Source: an uncultured cyanobacterium
GTDB lineage: Bacteria; Cyanobacteriota; Cyanobacteriia; Leptolyngbyales; Leptolyngbyaceae
DNA length: 42,809 nt
Assembly: GCA_963766075.1 (NCBI GenBank)
Contig: CAVYAN010000073.1
Coordinates: 1 to 42,809 of the forward strand
Direction of reading: 5' to 3'
Part shown: positions 20,646-29,555 of the stretch, one piece after another
How positions within the stretch are numbered: position 1 is the first letter of the stretch
Layout of the letters: each line of letters opens with the position of its first letter
The notes under the pieces: model-generated
The model's input: only the letters and a program-made list of their open reading frames with translations
The model's database searches: none
Told to the model about the DNA's origin: nothing
Translations under genes and position numbers: made by a program

Positions 20646-21989
20646 CTAGAGGGCTCCTGCTGCGGTTTGGTCCAAAACTCCCCCGGCCAAGTGGCTGGTG
20701 ATATTCATCGCCTGCATGATGGGAGGCACACTGAGGTCTGTGGCGTAGTCGATAACACTGACCGCACCATTGCCCTGTTTGCAGGCCCAGAAAGCTTCTG
20801 GACCCAGCCCCAAAACGTGGCAGAGGATGGCTTTGTTGACGGCATCGTGGGCCACGACCAGGGTAATTCCGGGTTCGCGGCTAGCGGCTAGCGCCACGAT
20901 CGCATCCCAAGCCGCCGTGGCCCGCTGCCAGACTTGATTCAGATTTTCGCCCTCCGGCATCTGGACGGCTTCCGGGGTTTGCTTCCAGCGCTGGAGTTCA
21001 CCGCCAAACTCGGCCTCAATTTCGGATTCCAGCTTGCCTTCCCACAGGCCGTGGCTGATTTCCTTCAGGCGATCGTCGGTTTCTAGGACCACGTCTGGAT
21101 GGAAGGCCAGAATGATCTCGGCGGTTTTGCGGGGACGCAGCATCGGGCTGGTAACGGCATAGCGCAGGGGAATGGCCTGCAAAAAAGCGGCGGCTTGTTG
21201 GGCTTGCTGCTCGCCATTGGCATTGAGGGGCACATCAATTTGTCCCTGGAAGCGAGACTGGCGGTTCCACTCGGTTTCCCCGTGGCGCACTAGGAGTAGC
21301 CGGGGGCCAGCGTATTCCTTGCGGGGTTTGGGCAGAGCTTCACCCAGGTGGGCGGTCAGATTGAGGGATTCGATCTGGACGGGACCGCCAAAGCCATCGG
21401 CAAAGTTCAGGACGCTGATGCCACAGTTGGATTGGTTGATTGACTGATAGCGATCGCAGTCCAAGCCGATGGCCGTACTGATTAAGGCCCGATTAATGCC
21501 ACTGTGGGCCACGATTAAAATCGTTTTGCCGCCGCAGTGGGGCAGTGTGTCTTTCCAAAAGGTCTTGGCTTGGGCGTATAAGTCGAGCACGGGGTAGTAA
21601 TCCGTGGGACCGCTGTCACCGGGGATCACCATCTTCAGGGTGTGGGGAGCGTTGCGCCAAGCGGCATAGCCCTCGGGATCCTCAATTTCTACATCTTTAA
21701 ATAGTTTGGCTTCCCAAAGCACCAGGTTGATTTCCCGCAGATCCAAGCTGAACTGGATGTCTGGAGGAGCAGAAAGGTGCGATCGCACAATTTCAGCGGT
21801 TTCTTTAGCCCGCTTCAGGGGACTGCTAAAAATCGCATCGAAAGCTAACCCTGCTAGGGCTTGCCCCACTTGATGGGCGGCGGTTTGCCCCGTGGGGGTC
21901 AGGGTGGACTCGTCACAGTGTCCCTGCACTCGCCGTTCAACGTTAAAGCTACTTTCGCCGTGCCGGACTAATATCACGCGAGTACTCAG
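20646..21989 (-). CDS. Two-domain histidine phosphatase (phosphoglycerate-mutase-like; probable phosphoserine phosphatase)
   Basis: Two RHGE motifs (VILVRHGES, LLLVRHGET) plus VAHSG and VAHDA; start placed at an SD-preceded CTG (ORF track gives 22064). Confidence 0.88.
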   Translation of the reverse strand: MSTRVILVRHGESSFNVERRVQGHCDESTLTPTGQTAAHQVGQALAGLAFDAIFSSPLKRAKETAEIVRSHLSAPPDIQFSLDLREINLVLWEAKLFKDVEIEDPEGYAAWRNAPHTLKMVIPGDSGPTDYYPVLDLYAQAKTFWKDTLPHCGGKTILIVAHSGINRALISTAIGLDCDRYQSINQSNCGISVLNFADGFGGPVQIESLNLTAHLGEALPKPRKEYAGPRLLLVRHGETEWNRQSRFQGQIDVPLNANGEQQAQQAAAFLQAIPLRYAVTSPMLRPRKTAEIILAFHPDVVLETDDRLKEISHGLWEGKLESEIEAEFGGELQRWKQTPEAVQMPEGENLNQVWQRATAAWDAIVALAASREPGITLVVAHDAVNKAILCHVLGLGPEAFWACKQGNGAVSVIDYATDLSVPPIMQAMNITSHLAGGVLDQTAAGAL

Positions 21990-22215
21990 AGCCTTGTCCT
22001 CCCTAGGGGTGCGATTTTGGATGGAAACCGAGCGTATTGTATCAGACGATGGGGAGCGCAGCATGTTCGGCTAAAACCCAGTGGCAGGGCACGGAATCGC
22101 CGCTGGCGCGTTTTCACAAACCGATTAAAGATCGGCTGGGCCTGGGCCAGAAGTGGGATAATGCCTGCTAATAGCGGCGAACTGACCGCGCAGCGGTTTT
22201 TGGAGCGGAGGATAC

Positions 22216-23862
22216 ATGACGATTAAACGGGCGATTTTGATAACGCTGACGGTGTTGGCCGCATGGCTGATTGGGGCTGACTTGTTAGCGAGTTGGAATC
22301 AGCCGCAGATTCAGAGTCGTTTGGAACTGTATCAAACCAATTTGCTCCTGCAAGCGACAGCCGCACTGGATAAGGCTGTTTCAGCCAATGGCCAAGAGGA
22401 TGCGCAAATGGCGGCAATTCGGCGATCGCTGCTGGGATCTGAGCCGCTGAAAAATGCCCTAGAGCAGTATCAAGAGGTGCGACAGTCGGCCCAGCAAAAT
22501 TTGCAACGGACAGAGCAGCTGTTGGCAACGCCGGGATCCGACCCGGCCCCGCTGCGGGCGACGGCAGCAAAATTCGCGCGATCGCTCTCTGAACTGGACC
22601 TCAGTTTGGGGATTCTCCAAATCCAACAGCAACAGCAGCAGCCCGAAGCCGCCCAGAAAAGCTGGGACAAGGTCACCACGGCATCATTGTCTACGCCGTC
22701 CTTGTCCCCTGAGGATGGACAGCCTGCTGATGCTGATAAGACGGCTAACCCGGATACCGCTGCCCCTACTGCCCCTACTGAGGCAATGGTCCACGGCGAT
22801 CGCTGCGCTCTCCGCGAAACGGCCTTGGTCCTAACTGGCCTGTGGCGCGAGTCGCCTCAGGTACTGCCTGACGCCGAACTCTGCTTGAAAGCGAACTTGA
22901 ACGGCTGGTTTCGCTATCGGGCCTTGGCACGTCTGTATGACCTGCAACAGCGCCAGACGGAACAAGCGGCCCTACTTGTCTCGGAGCAGCAGGCAGCAGA
23001 CGATGCGTTGGGCCGATTGGCGATTGTGGGTGGCATGCCCGTACTCGGGTGTGTGATGGGTGGGGGCCTGCTGATCTTTCTGCTGGTGCAGTGGGCCATT
23101 CGCCGCAAAGCCGCGATTTTGGCTCCTCAGGGTTTAGCCCGGTGGGATACGCCGTGGGATGGCGAATTGGTGTGGCAAGTGTTGATTGTGGGATTCTTTC
23201 TGGTTGGACAAATTTTGATCCCCGTGGGGCTGAGTTTATTGCAGGAAGGGGTGGGGTTTAATCCCGGTCGGTTGAGTGAACGGGCGCGATTGTTCTATAT
23301 TTTGGCCAATTATATGGTCTTGGCCTTTGGGGGACTGTCGGTCCTCTATTTTTCGATTAAGCCCTTTTTCCCGTTGCCAGAGGGCTGGTTTCGCATGTCC
23401 TTCCGGGGGTTCTGGTGGCTTTGGGGCAGTGGCGGCTACTTTGCCGCCTTGCCCTTGGTGATTCTCGTCTCGTTAGTCAATCAGAACATCTGGCAGGGGC
23501 AGGGGGGCAGCAATCCCATTTTGCCCATTGCTCTGGATGGCAAAGATAACGTGGCCTTGGCCATGTTTGTGATTACGGCAGCCGTGGCCGCGCCCCTGTT
23601 TGAAGAGGTGCTCTTTCGCGGATTTTTGCTGCCTTCCCTGACCCGCTATATGCCGACCTGGGGCGCGATCGCCCTGAGCAGCTTTATTTTTGCGATCGCC
23701 CACCTCAGCCTTTCCGAGGTGTTACCCTTAATGACCTTGGGCATGATTCTCGGATTTGTCTATGCGCGATCGCGCAACCTACTGGCGTCCATGTTGCTGC
23801 ACGGACTTTGGAACAGTGGCACCTTGTTGAGTTTATTCGTTCTGGGCGGTGCGAAGGTTTAA
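22216..23862 (+). CDS. CPBP (Abi/CAAX) family intramembrane metalloprotease
   Basis: APLFEEVLFRG, FAIAH, HGLWN; multiple TM helices; GGAGG SD. Confidence 0.92.
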   Translation: MTIKRAILITLTVLAAWLIGADLLASWNQPQIQSRLELYQTNLLLQATAALDKAVSANGQEDAQMAAIRRSLLGSEPLKNALEQYQEVRQSAQQNLQRTEQLLATPGSDPAPLRATAAKFARSLSELDLSLGILQIQQQQQQPEAAQKSWDKVTTASLSTPSLSPEDGQPADADKTANPDTAAPTAPTEAMVHGDRCALRETALVLTGLWRESPQVLPDAELCLKANLNGWFRYRALARLYDLQQRQTEQAALLVSEQQAADDALGRLAIVGGMPVLGCVMGGGLLIFLLVQWAIRRKAAILAPQGLARWDTPWDGELVWQVLIVGFFLVGQILIPVGLSLLQEGVGFNPGRLSERARLFYILANYMVLAFGGLSVLYFSIKPFFPLPEGWFRMSFRGFWWLWGSGGYFAALPLVILVSLVNQNIWQGQGGSNPILPIALDGKDNVALAMFVITAAVAAPLFEEVLFRGFLLPSLTRYMPTWGAIALSSFIFAIAHLSLSEVLPLMTLGMILGFVYARSRNLLASMLLHGLWNSGTLLSLFVLGGAKV

Positions 23863-24058
23863 GGGGCAGGACGCTCAGGTATTGGGCGCTGAGCCATTCT
23901 GAAGCTCAGCATCCAGTACTGAAAGACGAGAAGGTACCGGAAGACTAAGACTTTTAAGGGATCTGGGGCGTTTTACCAAAATTCCTCTACGCTCAAAACA
24001 GAGGATATTAAAAGTTCTAATGAAGTTCTAAGCGGTGTAATCCTCCCCTGAATGTCCT

Positions 24059-26547
24059 ATGCAGATTATTCCCGTTTTGCCCACGCCTCCGGCCCGATCA
24101 GCGACTCCGCTGGATCCACTGCCCCCCCACTCACAGGCTACAGAAAGTCCTGAACGGATCACACTCGATGTCAGCGGCATGAAATGTGCGGGCTGTGTGA
24201 AGGCTGTGGAAAATCAACTGCAACAGGTGCCGGGGGTGGAAACCGTCTGGGTGAATTTGGTGACGGAAGTGGCAGTGGTTGCCTGCGAACCTGGGCGCGT
24301 GTCGCCCCTCGCTCTCGCGCAGAAACTAACTTCGGCAGGCTTCCCGTCCCAGGCCCGCGTTGGCGACGAGACAACTCCCCCGGTGGATTTGGCGGCGCAA
24401 CGACGACGGGCGGCCCAGGCCCAGCGGGGGCGATTGGCGATCGCCCTGCTACTGCTGCTGCTCTCCAGCCTTGGCCATTGGCACCAATTCGGCGGTCAGG
24501 CCCTTGCCGAGCTCACGGCGGGCCTTACGAATATCTGGCTGCATGCGGGCTTGGCGACGGTGGCGCTGCTGGGACCCGGTCGGCAAATGGCGATTGATGG
24601 CTGGCGCGGCCTGCGCCAAAACGCCCCCAACATGGATACTTTGGTCAGCCTCGGCACCTGGACGGCCTACACCACGAGCCTGATGGCTTTGCTGTTTCCC
24701 CAGTTGGGCTGGGAATGTTTCTTTGACGAGCCGGTAATGCTGGTTGGCTTCATTCTGCTGGGACGAACCCTGGAGCAGCAAGCCCGCAATCGTGCCGCCA
24801 CGGCTTTCCACTCCCTGTTGGCCCTCCAGCCCAAAGTCGCCCGTCTAATTGCGCCTGCAACGTCTCCGTCTGCTGCCCCGACCCATATCGAAATTCCGGT
24901 TGCTCATGTGCGGGTGGGCGATGTGCTGCAAGTTTTGCCGGGAGATAAAGTTCCCGTTGATGGAGAAGTCGTTAGCGGACAAACCACCGTTGATGAAGCC
25001 ATGCTGACCGGGGAAGGACTGCCGGTCCTGAAGCATCCCGGCGATTGGGTTTCGGCAGGTACACTCAACTGTTCCGGGGCGATCGCCCTGCGGGTCACCC
25101 GCACTGGCCATGCCACAACCCTGGCTCAAATTATTGCGCTGGTGGAGTCTGCCCAAACGCGCAAGGCTCCGATCCAAAGCTTGGCAGATACCGTGGCGGG
25201 ATACTTCACTTACGGGGTGATGGCGATCGCCAGCGTCACCTTTTGCTTCTGGTACTTTATCGGTACTGCTCTATGGCCTCATGCTCTGGCCTCTCATGCT
25301 TTGGCGGCGGCGCAGACCGGGATGGGCATGGGAGGAATGGCGGGGCATGCCATGGCGCATCAGGTCCTGTCTACGCCTACGCCACACCTGTCGCCGCTGT
25401 TGATTAGCCTGAAACTGGCGATCGCGGTGCTAGTGGTGGCCTGTCCCTGCGCCTTGGGCTTAGCCACCCCCACGGCGATGCTGGTGGGTTCGGGCATTGG
25501 AGCCGAGCGGGGGCTCCTGATTCGCGGCGGGGATGTCCTAGAGCGGATGCATCGGGTAGACACCATTGTGTTTGATAAAACCGGGACTTTAACCACCGCC
25601 ACGCCCCAAGTGGCGGACTGCATCTCCCTATCCGCAGCGATTTTGCCGGAAACTGTGCGGCAATTGGCCGCAACGGTAGAAAGCGGTACCCAGCATCCCC
25701 TCGCTGCTGCGATTTTGCATGGGCTGGATCCGCTGACCCTGCTGCCCGCAGCGGACTGGCAAACCATTCCGGGGGTGGGTATTTCAGCGCAAGTTGAGCT
25801 GGATGGCAGCATGCAGCACGTTTGGGTTGGCAATCTGGTTGGGCTTGGCCAGCGGGGATTGCCCTGGGCGCGGCGGCGCAGCACCGGCCCCACGATGGGG
25901 CTACCTGGATTTATGTCGCCCTCGCCCAACGGGTGGTAGGGGCGATCGCCGTCACGAATCCGCTGCGACAGGATGCCGTGGCCACGGTCGCGGCCTTGCA
26001 GGCCATGGGTTTGCGCGTCATGCTGCTGACGGGAGATCGCACCGCCACGGCCCAGGCTGTTGCTCAGCACGTGGGACTGGCCTCGGACCACGTCTGGGCC
26101 GAAGTGCCGCCCCAGGGCAAAGCTGCTGCGATCGCCCAACTCCAAGCTGAAGGGCACCGGGTGGCGATGGTGGGCGATGGCATTAACGATGCTCCCGCGT
26201 TGGCCCAGGCCGATGTGGGGATTGCCCTGCAATCGGGCACTGACATTGCGGCTGAGACAGCAGGTGTGATTTTGATGCGCGATCGCCTGAGTGATGTCGT
26301 GGAAGCCCTCCGCCTCAGTCGTGCCACCTTTAACAAAATTCGACAGAACCTTTTCTGGGCATTTGCCTATAATGTGTTGGGGATTCCCTTAGCGGCGGGG
26401 TTGCTCTTGCCAACATTGGGAGTTTTGCTCAGTCCTGCTGCTGCTGGCGCTATGATGGCGTTTAGTTCCGTTAGTGTTGTGGCTAATTCCCTGTTGCTCT
26501 ATTTCACCTTTTCCCCACCAGGAAACTTGTCTAAAAATTCTCCCTGA
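24059..26547 (+). CDS. Heavy-metal (Cu+) P1B-type ATPase, CtaA-like; frameshift near 25830-25900
   Basis: GMKCAGC, TGE, CPCALGLATP, DKTGT and HP in the first frame; TGD, GDGINDAPAL, YN and MAFSS in the second frame. Confidence 0.9.
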
Positions 26548-26562
26548 GAAAAGTGTCGATCA

Positions 26563-27117
26563 ATGCCTTCAGAACCGCATCACAATCATCTCCTAATCAT
26601 TAAAGACGACATGGGACGGCGGGAATTTCTCCTGGATGCACCAACCTATACCGTTGGCAGGGATCCCAAATGTGATATCCGCCTCGTTTCCCAGTTCGTC
26701 TCACGCCGCCATGCCACGCTAGTGCAAGTTCCCAACGATGATGGCACGGGCTATAACTATCGAATTATTGACGGGGCACCTCGGGGTAAACCCAGTGCCA
26801 ACGGACTTTTGATTAATGGGCATAAGCTACAGGCCCACAATTTGCAAAATGAGGATGAAGTGGTCTTCGGCCCTGGTGTTGAGGCGCTCTATCATTTGTT
26901 GCGCCGCGATGCCTTTGAAACCGAAGCGCCAGACGAGTTTGATATTACTTTGATCAGTCCCGGCATGGTCGGTGACCCGGAAGATGGAGAGCCGGATGAT
27001 GAGAGGCCGGACGTGATCAGCCCTGGCATGGTCGGTGACCCGGAAAACGAGGAGCCGGACGATCAGGAGCCGGACGGTAAAAAGCCAAAAGACAAAAAGC
27101 CGAAGGATAGGTGGTAG
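26563..27117 (+). CDS. FHA-domain protein with duplicated acidic tail
   Basis: VGRDP..DIRL...VSRRHA...SANGLLING; ISPGMVGDPE occurs twice. Confidence 0.9.
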   Translation: MPSEPHHNHLLIIKDDMGRREFLLDAPTYTVGRDPKCDIRLVSQFVSRRHATLVQVPNDDGTGYNYRIIDGAPRGKPSANGLLINGHKLQAHNLQNEDEVVFGPGVEALYHLLRRDAFETEAPDEFDITLISPGMVGDPEDGEPDDERPDVISPGMVGDPENEEPDDQEPDGKKPKDKKPKDRW

Positions 27118-27171
27118 ACGTTTAATTCACAGATCTACTACTCTACAGACCGATGTTAGGAGTGTTAGGAG

Positions 27172-27208
27172 GGCGAACTGAAGCAAATGGGCTTTGAATC
27201 AGTTCGCC
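27172..27208. terminator. Hairpin between convergent genes (possible terminator)
   Basis: ggcgaactga ... tcagttcgcc. Confidence 0.5.
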
Positions 27209-27241
27209 ATGAAACGCATTGAAGGTACATTGAGGGGCGTA

Positions 27242-28984
27242 CTAGAACAGCGGGATGCCTGTGAGCGAGGTTAGGGTGAGGTTGTCTGGGGTAACTGGGC
27301 GATCGCTGCCCACTTCAGACTCAGGCCCCCAGCCATGCCAGTAATTTTGGGCCCCACCGCCATAGGCACGGGCTTGGATTGGATTACTGCTAACGCTCCG
27401 ATCCTCATTTTCCGAGGCTGGCGTGATTGGACTATTTGGACTATCAAGGGCAGTGAGGTGTGTAGTCAGCGGTTGCTGGGAAAATGACGGGCCTACCGTC
27501 GCCTGCACCCGAATTTGATTGCCCCACAATGCAGGCGAAACCAAGATTTCTCCGGGAGAGACAGCCAGAACTGGATCCAGCGCGATGGTGGTTCCCACTG
27601 CTGCTAACGCTTTATCGCTATTGAGAGCAGACAGATCGGCTCCAGCAGGCCCAAGTCCGCTGCCATCAACCGGGGGCAGGGCTTCTGGCACCCAGCCGTC
27701 TAGCTCATCGACGGTGGAGAACAAGCTGCGTTGCTGAAACACCTGGGCCAGGGTTTGGCGGCTGATGACTCCCCCGGTGGAACTGGGTGGGGGAACGCGG
27801 GTCATGTCATAGACCACGCTGTTTTGCATCATGGTGTAAATCATCTGATCGCGGTTGGCGACCAAGGCCGTGGGGGAAGCGGTGAGGTTGTTGTTGATCC
27901 AGGTGGTCGTTTGATTGGCGCGGGTGGCAAGGGCCTGCTGAGATTGGGTTTGCAGGCTAGATAGGTTAATGGTAGTGCTGGCACCGGTGGAGACAATATC
28001 CCACCCAATCACATCAAAGGCCCGCAGATCAAGGGCGGCCACATTACGTCGGGTATTGAGGCTGAGGGTGGGATTCATGATGGCGGTGGTGCCATTTTTC
28101 CAGTGGCTAGCCTGATAGCCGTCTCCAGCTTCTGAGGTATCCAGTCCACTGGAAAAAGTAGCAATATTGGTAGTTCCACCATTCAATGAGAAGTATTTTT
28201 CTCTAATGAGAGAGCCATTGGTCATATCCCGTGTGCCTGGGGCGGAATAGCGGAATAGATCGAGGGGGTTGATGTATTGCAGCCGATTACGCATGGAATC
28301 TATGTAGGACTGGGAAGAGGAGCCAATCGCTTCGTAGCCTGGATTGGCCGCTGCATAGGCATTAGTCTGAGCACTCCAATCGGCCAGCATACCGATCAAA
28401 CCGGGTTGGTCAACGCCGCTGACAAACCCTAAAACATGGCCGATCTCGTGAATGGCGGTACTCAAGAAATCCAGCGTGTTGGTAGCTTGGGTGCTGCTGC
28501 GCGTATAGTCATAGCTCCACCGCACGGACTGGCCATTGGCCGTCGCATTGGCCAAATTGCTGAATAAGATATACCCATCCAAGGCGGTGGTGCCATCCGT
28601 TAGTCCCATGCCCGCGGCCTTAGCAACCGCACGGGTCATATTGAGGGTGCTACGGTTTTCTGTCTGCCACTGGTAGCTATCAAAGACAACATATTGAAAG
28701 CTTGTGCTATAGGTTGTGGCATTCGGTAGGCTCCCCAGAGCAGTGTTGTCGTCTGCCGACTTAGGCCCGTTGTTGAGCGCGGTGCGGTAATCTAGATAGC
28801 TTTGGGAGGCACGCATTCCGGGTAGAGCACCGCCAATCACGTTGCTGGCGAGGTCACCTGCGACCCCGACGTGAATGTTGAGGGTGACGTTGTCGTTGAG
28901 GTAGCTATCCCAGATGCGACCGGCCATTTCCATGCCGAGCATCTGCTGCACTGTAGTACCGGGATCGTAGGTAAAGTTAAACAT
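27242..28984 (-). CDS. Zinc metalloprotease, HEIGHVLGF type (NF038122-like), paralog 1
   Basis: DFLSTAIHEIGHVLGFVSG, PLDLFRYS, QASHW, IMNP, LDLRAFDVIGWD. Confidence 0.8.
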   Translation of the reverse strand: MFNFTYDPGTTVQQMLGMEMAGRIWDSYLNDNVTLNIHVGVAGDLASNVIGGALPGMRASQSYLDYRTALNNGPKSADDNTALGSLPNATTYSTSFQYVVFDSYQWQTENRSTLNMTRAVAKAAGMGLTDGTTALDGYILFSNLANATANGQSVRWSYDYTRSSTQATNTLDFLSTAIHEIGHVLGFVSGVDQPGLIGMLADWSAQTNAYAAANPGYEAIGSSSQSYIDSMRNRLQYINPLDLFRYSAPGTRDMTNGSLIREKYFSLNGGTTNIATFSSGLDTSEAGDGYQASHWKNGTTAIMNPTLSLNTRRNVAALDLRAFDVIGWDIVSTGASTTINLSSLQTQSQQALATRANQTTTWINNNLTASPTALVANRDQMIYTMMQNSVVYDMTRVPPPSSTGGVISRQTLAQVFQQRSLFSTVDELDGWVPEALPPVDGSGLGPAGADLSALNSDKALAAVGTTIALDPVLAVSPGEILVSPALWGNQIRVQATVGPSFSQQPLTTHLTALDSPNSPITPASENEDRSVSSNPIQARAYGGGAQNYWHGWGPESEVGSDRPVTPDNLTLTSLTGIPLF

Positions 28985-29072
28985 GGTAGGTAAAGTTAAA
29001 CATGGTTGTAGGTGAGGTGGTGTTAGAGTGAGTCGCAGGTGAGGTATGTATAAAAAAGAACTGTCTCGTCTA

Positions 29073-29156
29073 CTATTCTCTCACTCGCCATAATCTGAAG
29101 AGAAGCGTAATTCCTAGGATTTGTAGGATATTCAAGGTTTACGCTGGGTTTATGCA
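29073..29156 (-). promoter_or_regulatory. Upstream element conserved with paralog 2 (31330-31413)
   Basis: ctattct, ctga, aagcgtaattcc and atgca occur at identical offsets in both copies. Confidence 0.6.
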
Positions 29157-29555
29157 AGGCATGCTTTGATGAATAACTTGTGAATTACTGGCATTAAATA
29201 CTCTGAATCAACGTGAACATATACGTGTTGTCGCTGATACAGCGATCGTTCGATGACGATCGCTGTATCGGTCAAATTGCGTAATTTTGCGCTGGTTGGT
29301 GGATTTTTGACGCTGAGGTTGCACTTAGGGCGATCGCACCTCTTAATCATCCAAATTACTTTGGACAGCGATCGCAGACCTCGGACCCAGACTATTCCCG
29401 CCCCTTCTTCTCCCTGCTCCTCAGCCTGCTCCTGGAGCTTTTGGAAAATGAGTGAGGCCATAATGGCAATACCTTTCATCGATCGCCTACAAAAAAGCTG
29501 TGATGACTTGAAGTCGCCACAGCTTGGAACGTTAGTTCGGGGTTAAGGAACGGTG

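Noticed and set aside
22216..23862. Abi-domain protein as a phage-defence system
   Set aside because: It is a CPBP membrane protease in a housekeeping context with no defence-associated neighbours.
25360..26232. 290-aa antisense ORF and similar shadow ORFs across the window
   Set aside because: They lie opposite or within well-supported genes and are expected from codon bias in GC-rich DNA.
24059..26547. Programmed frameshift or genuine split of the Cu-ATPase (likewise rlmB and the SLH gene)
   Set aside because: No clear slippery site. Several unrelated conserved genes, including sigA, show similar breaks, which points to assembly indels.
29150..29546. Small ORFs between the protease paralogs
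   Set aside because: Overlapping opposite-strand frames with no motif; the region looks like HIP1-rich intergenic or promoter DNA.
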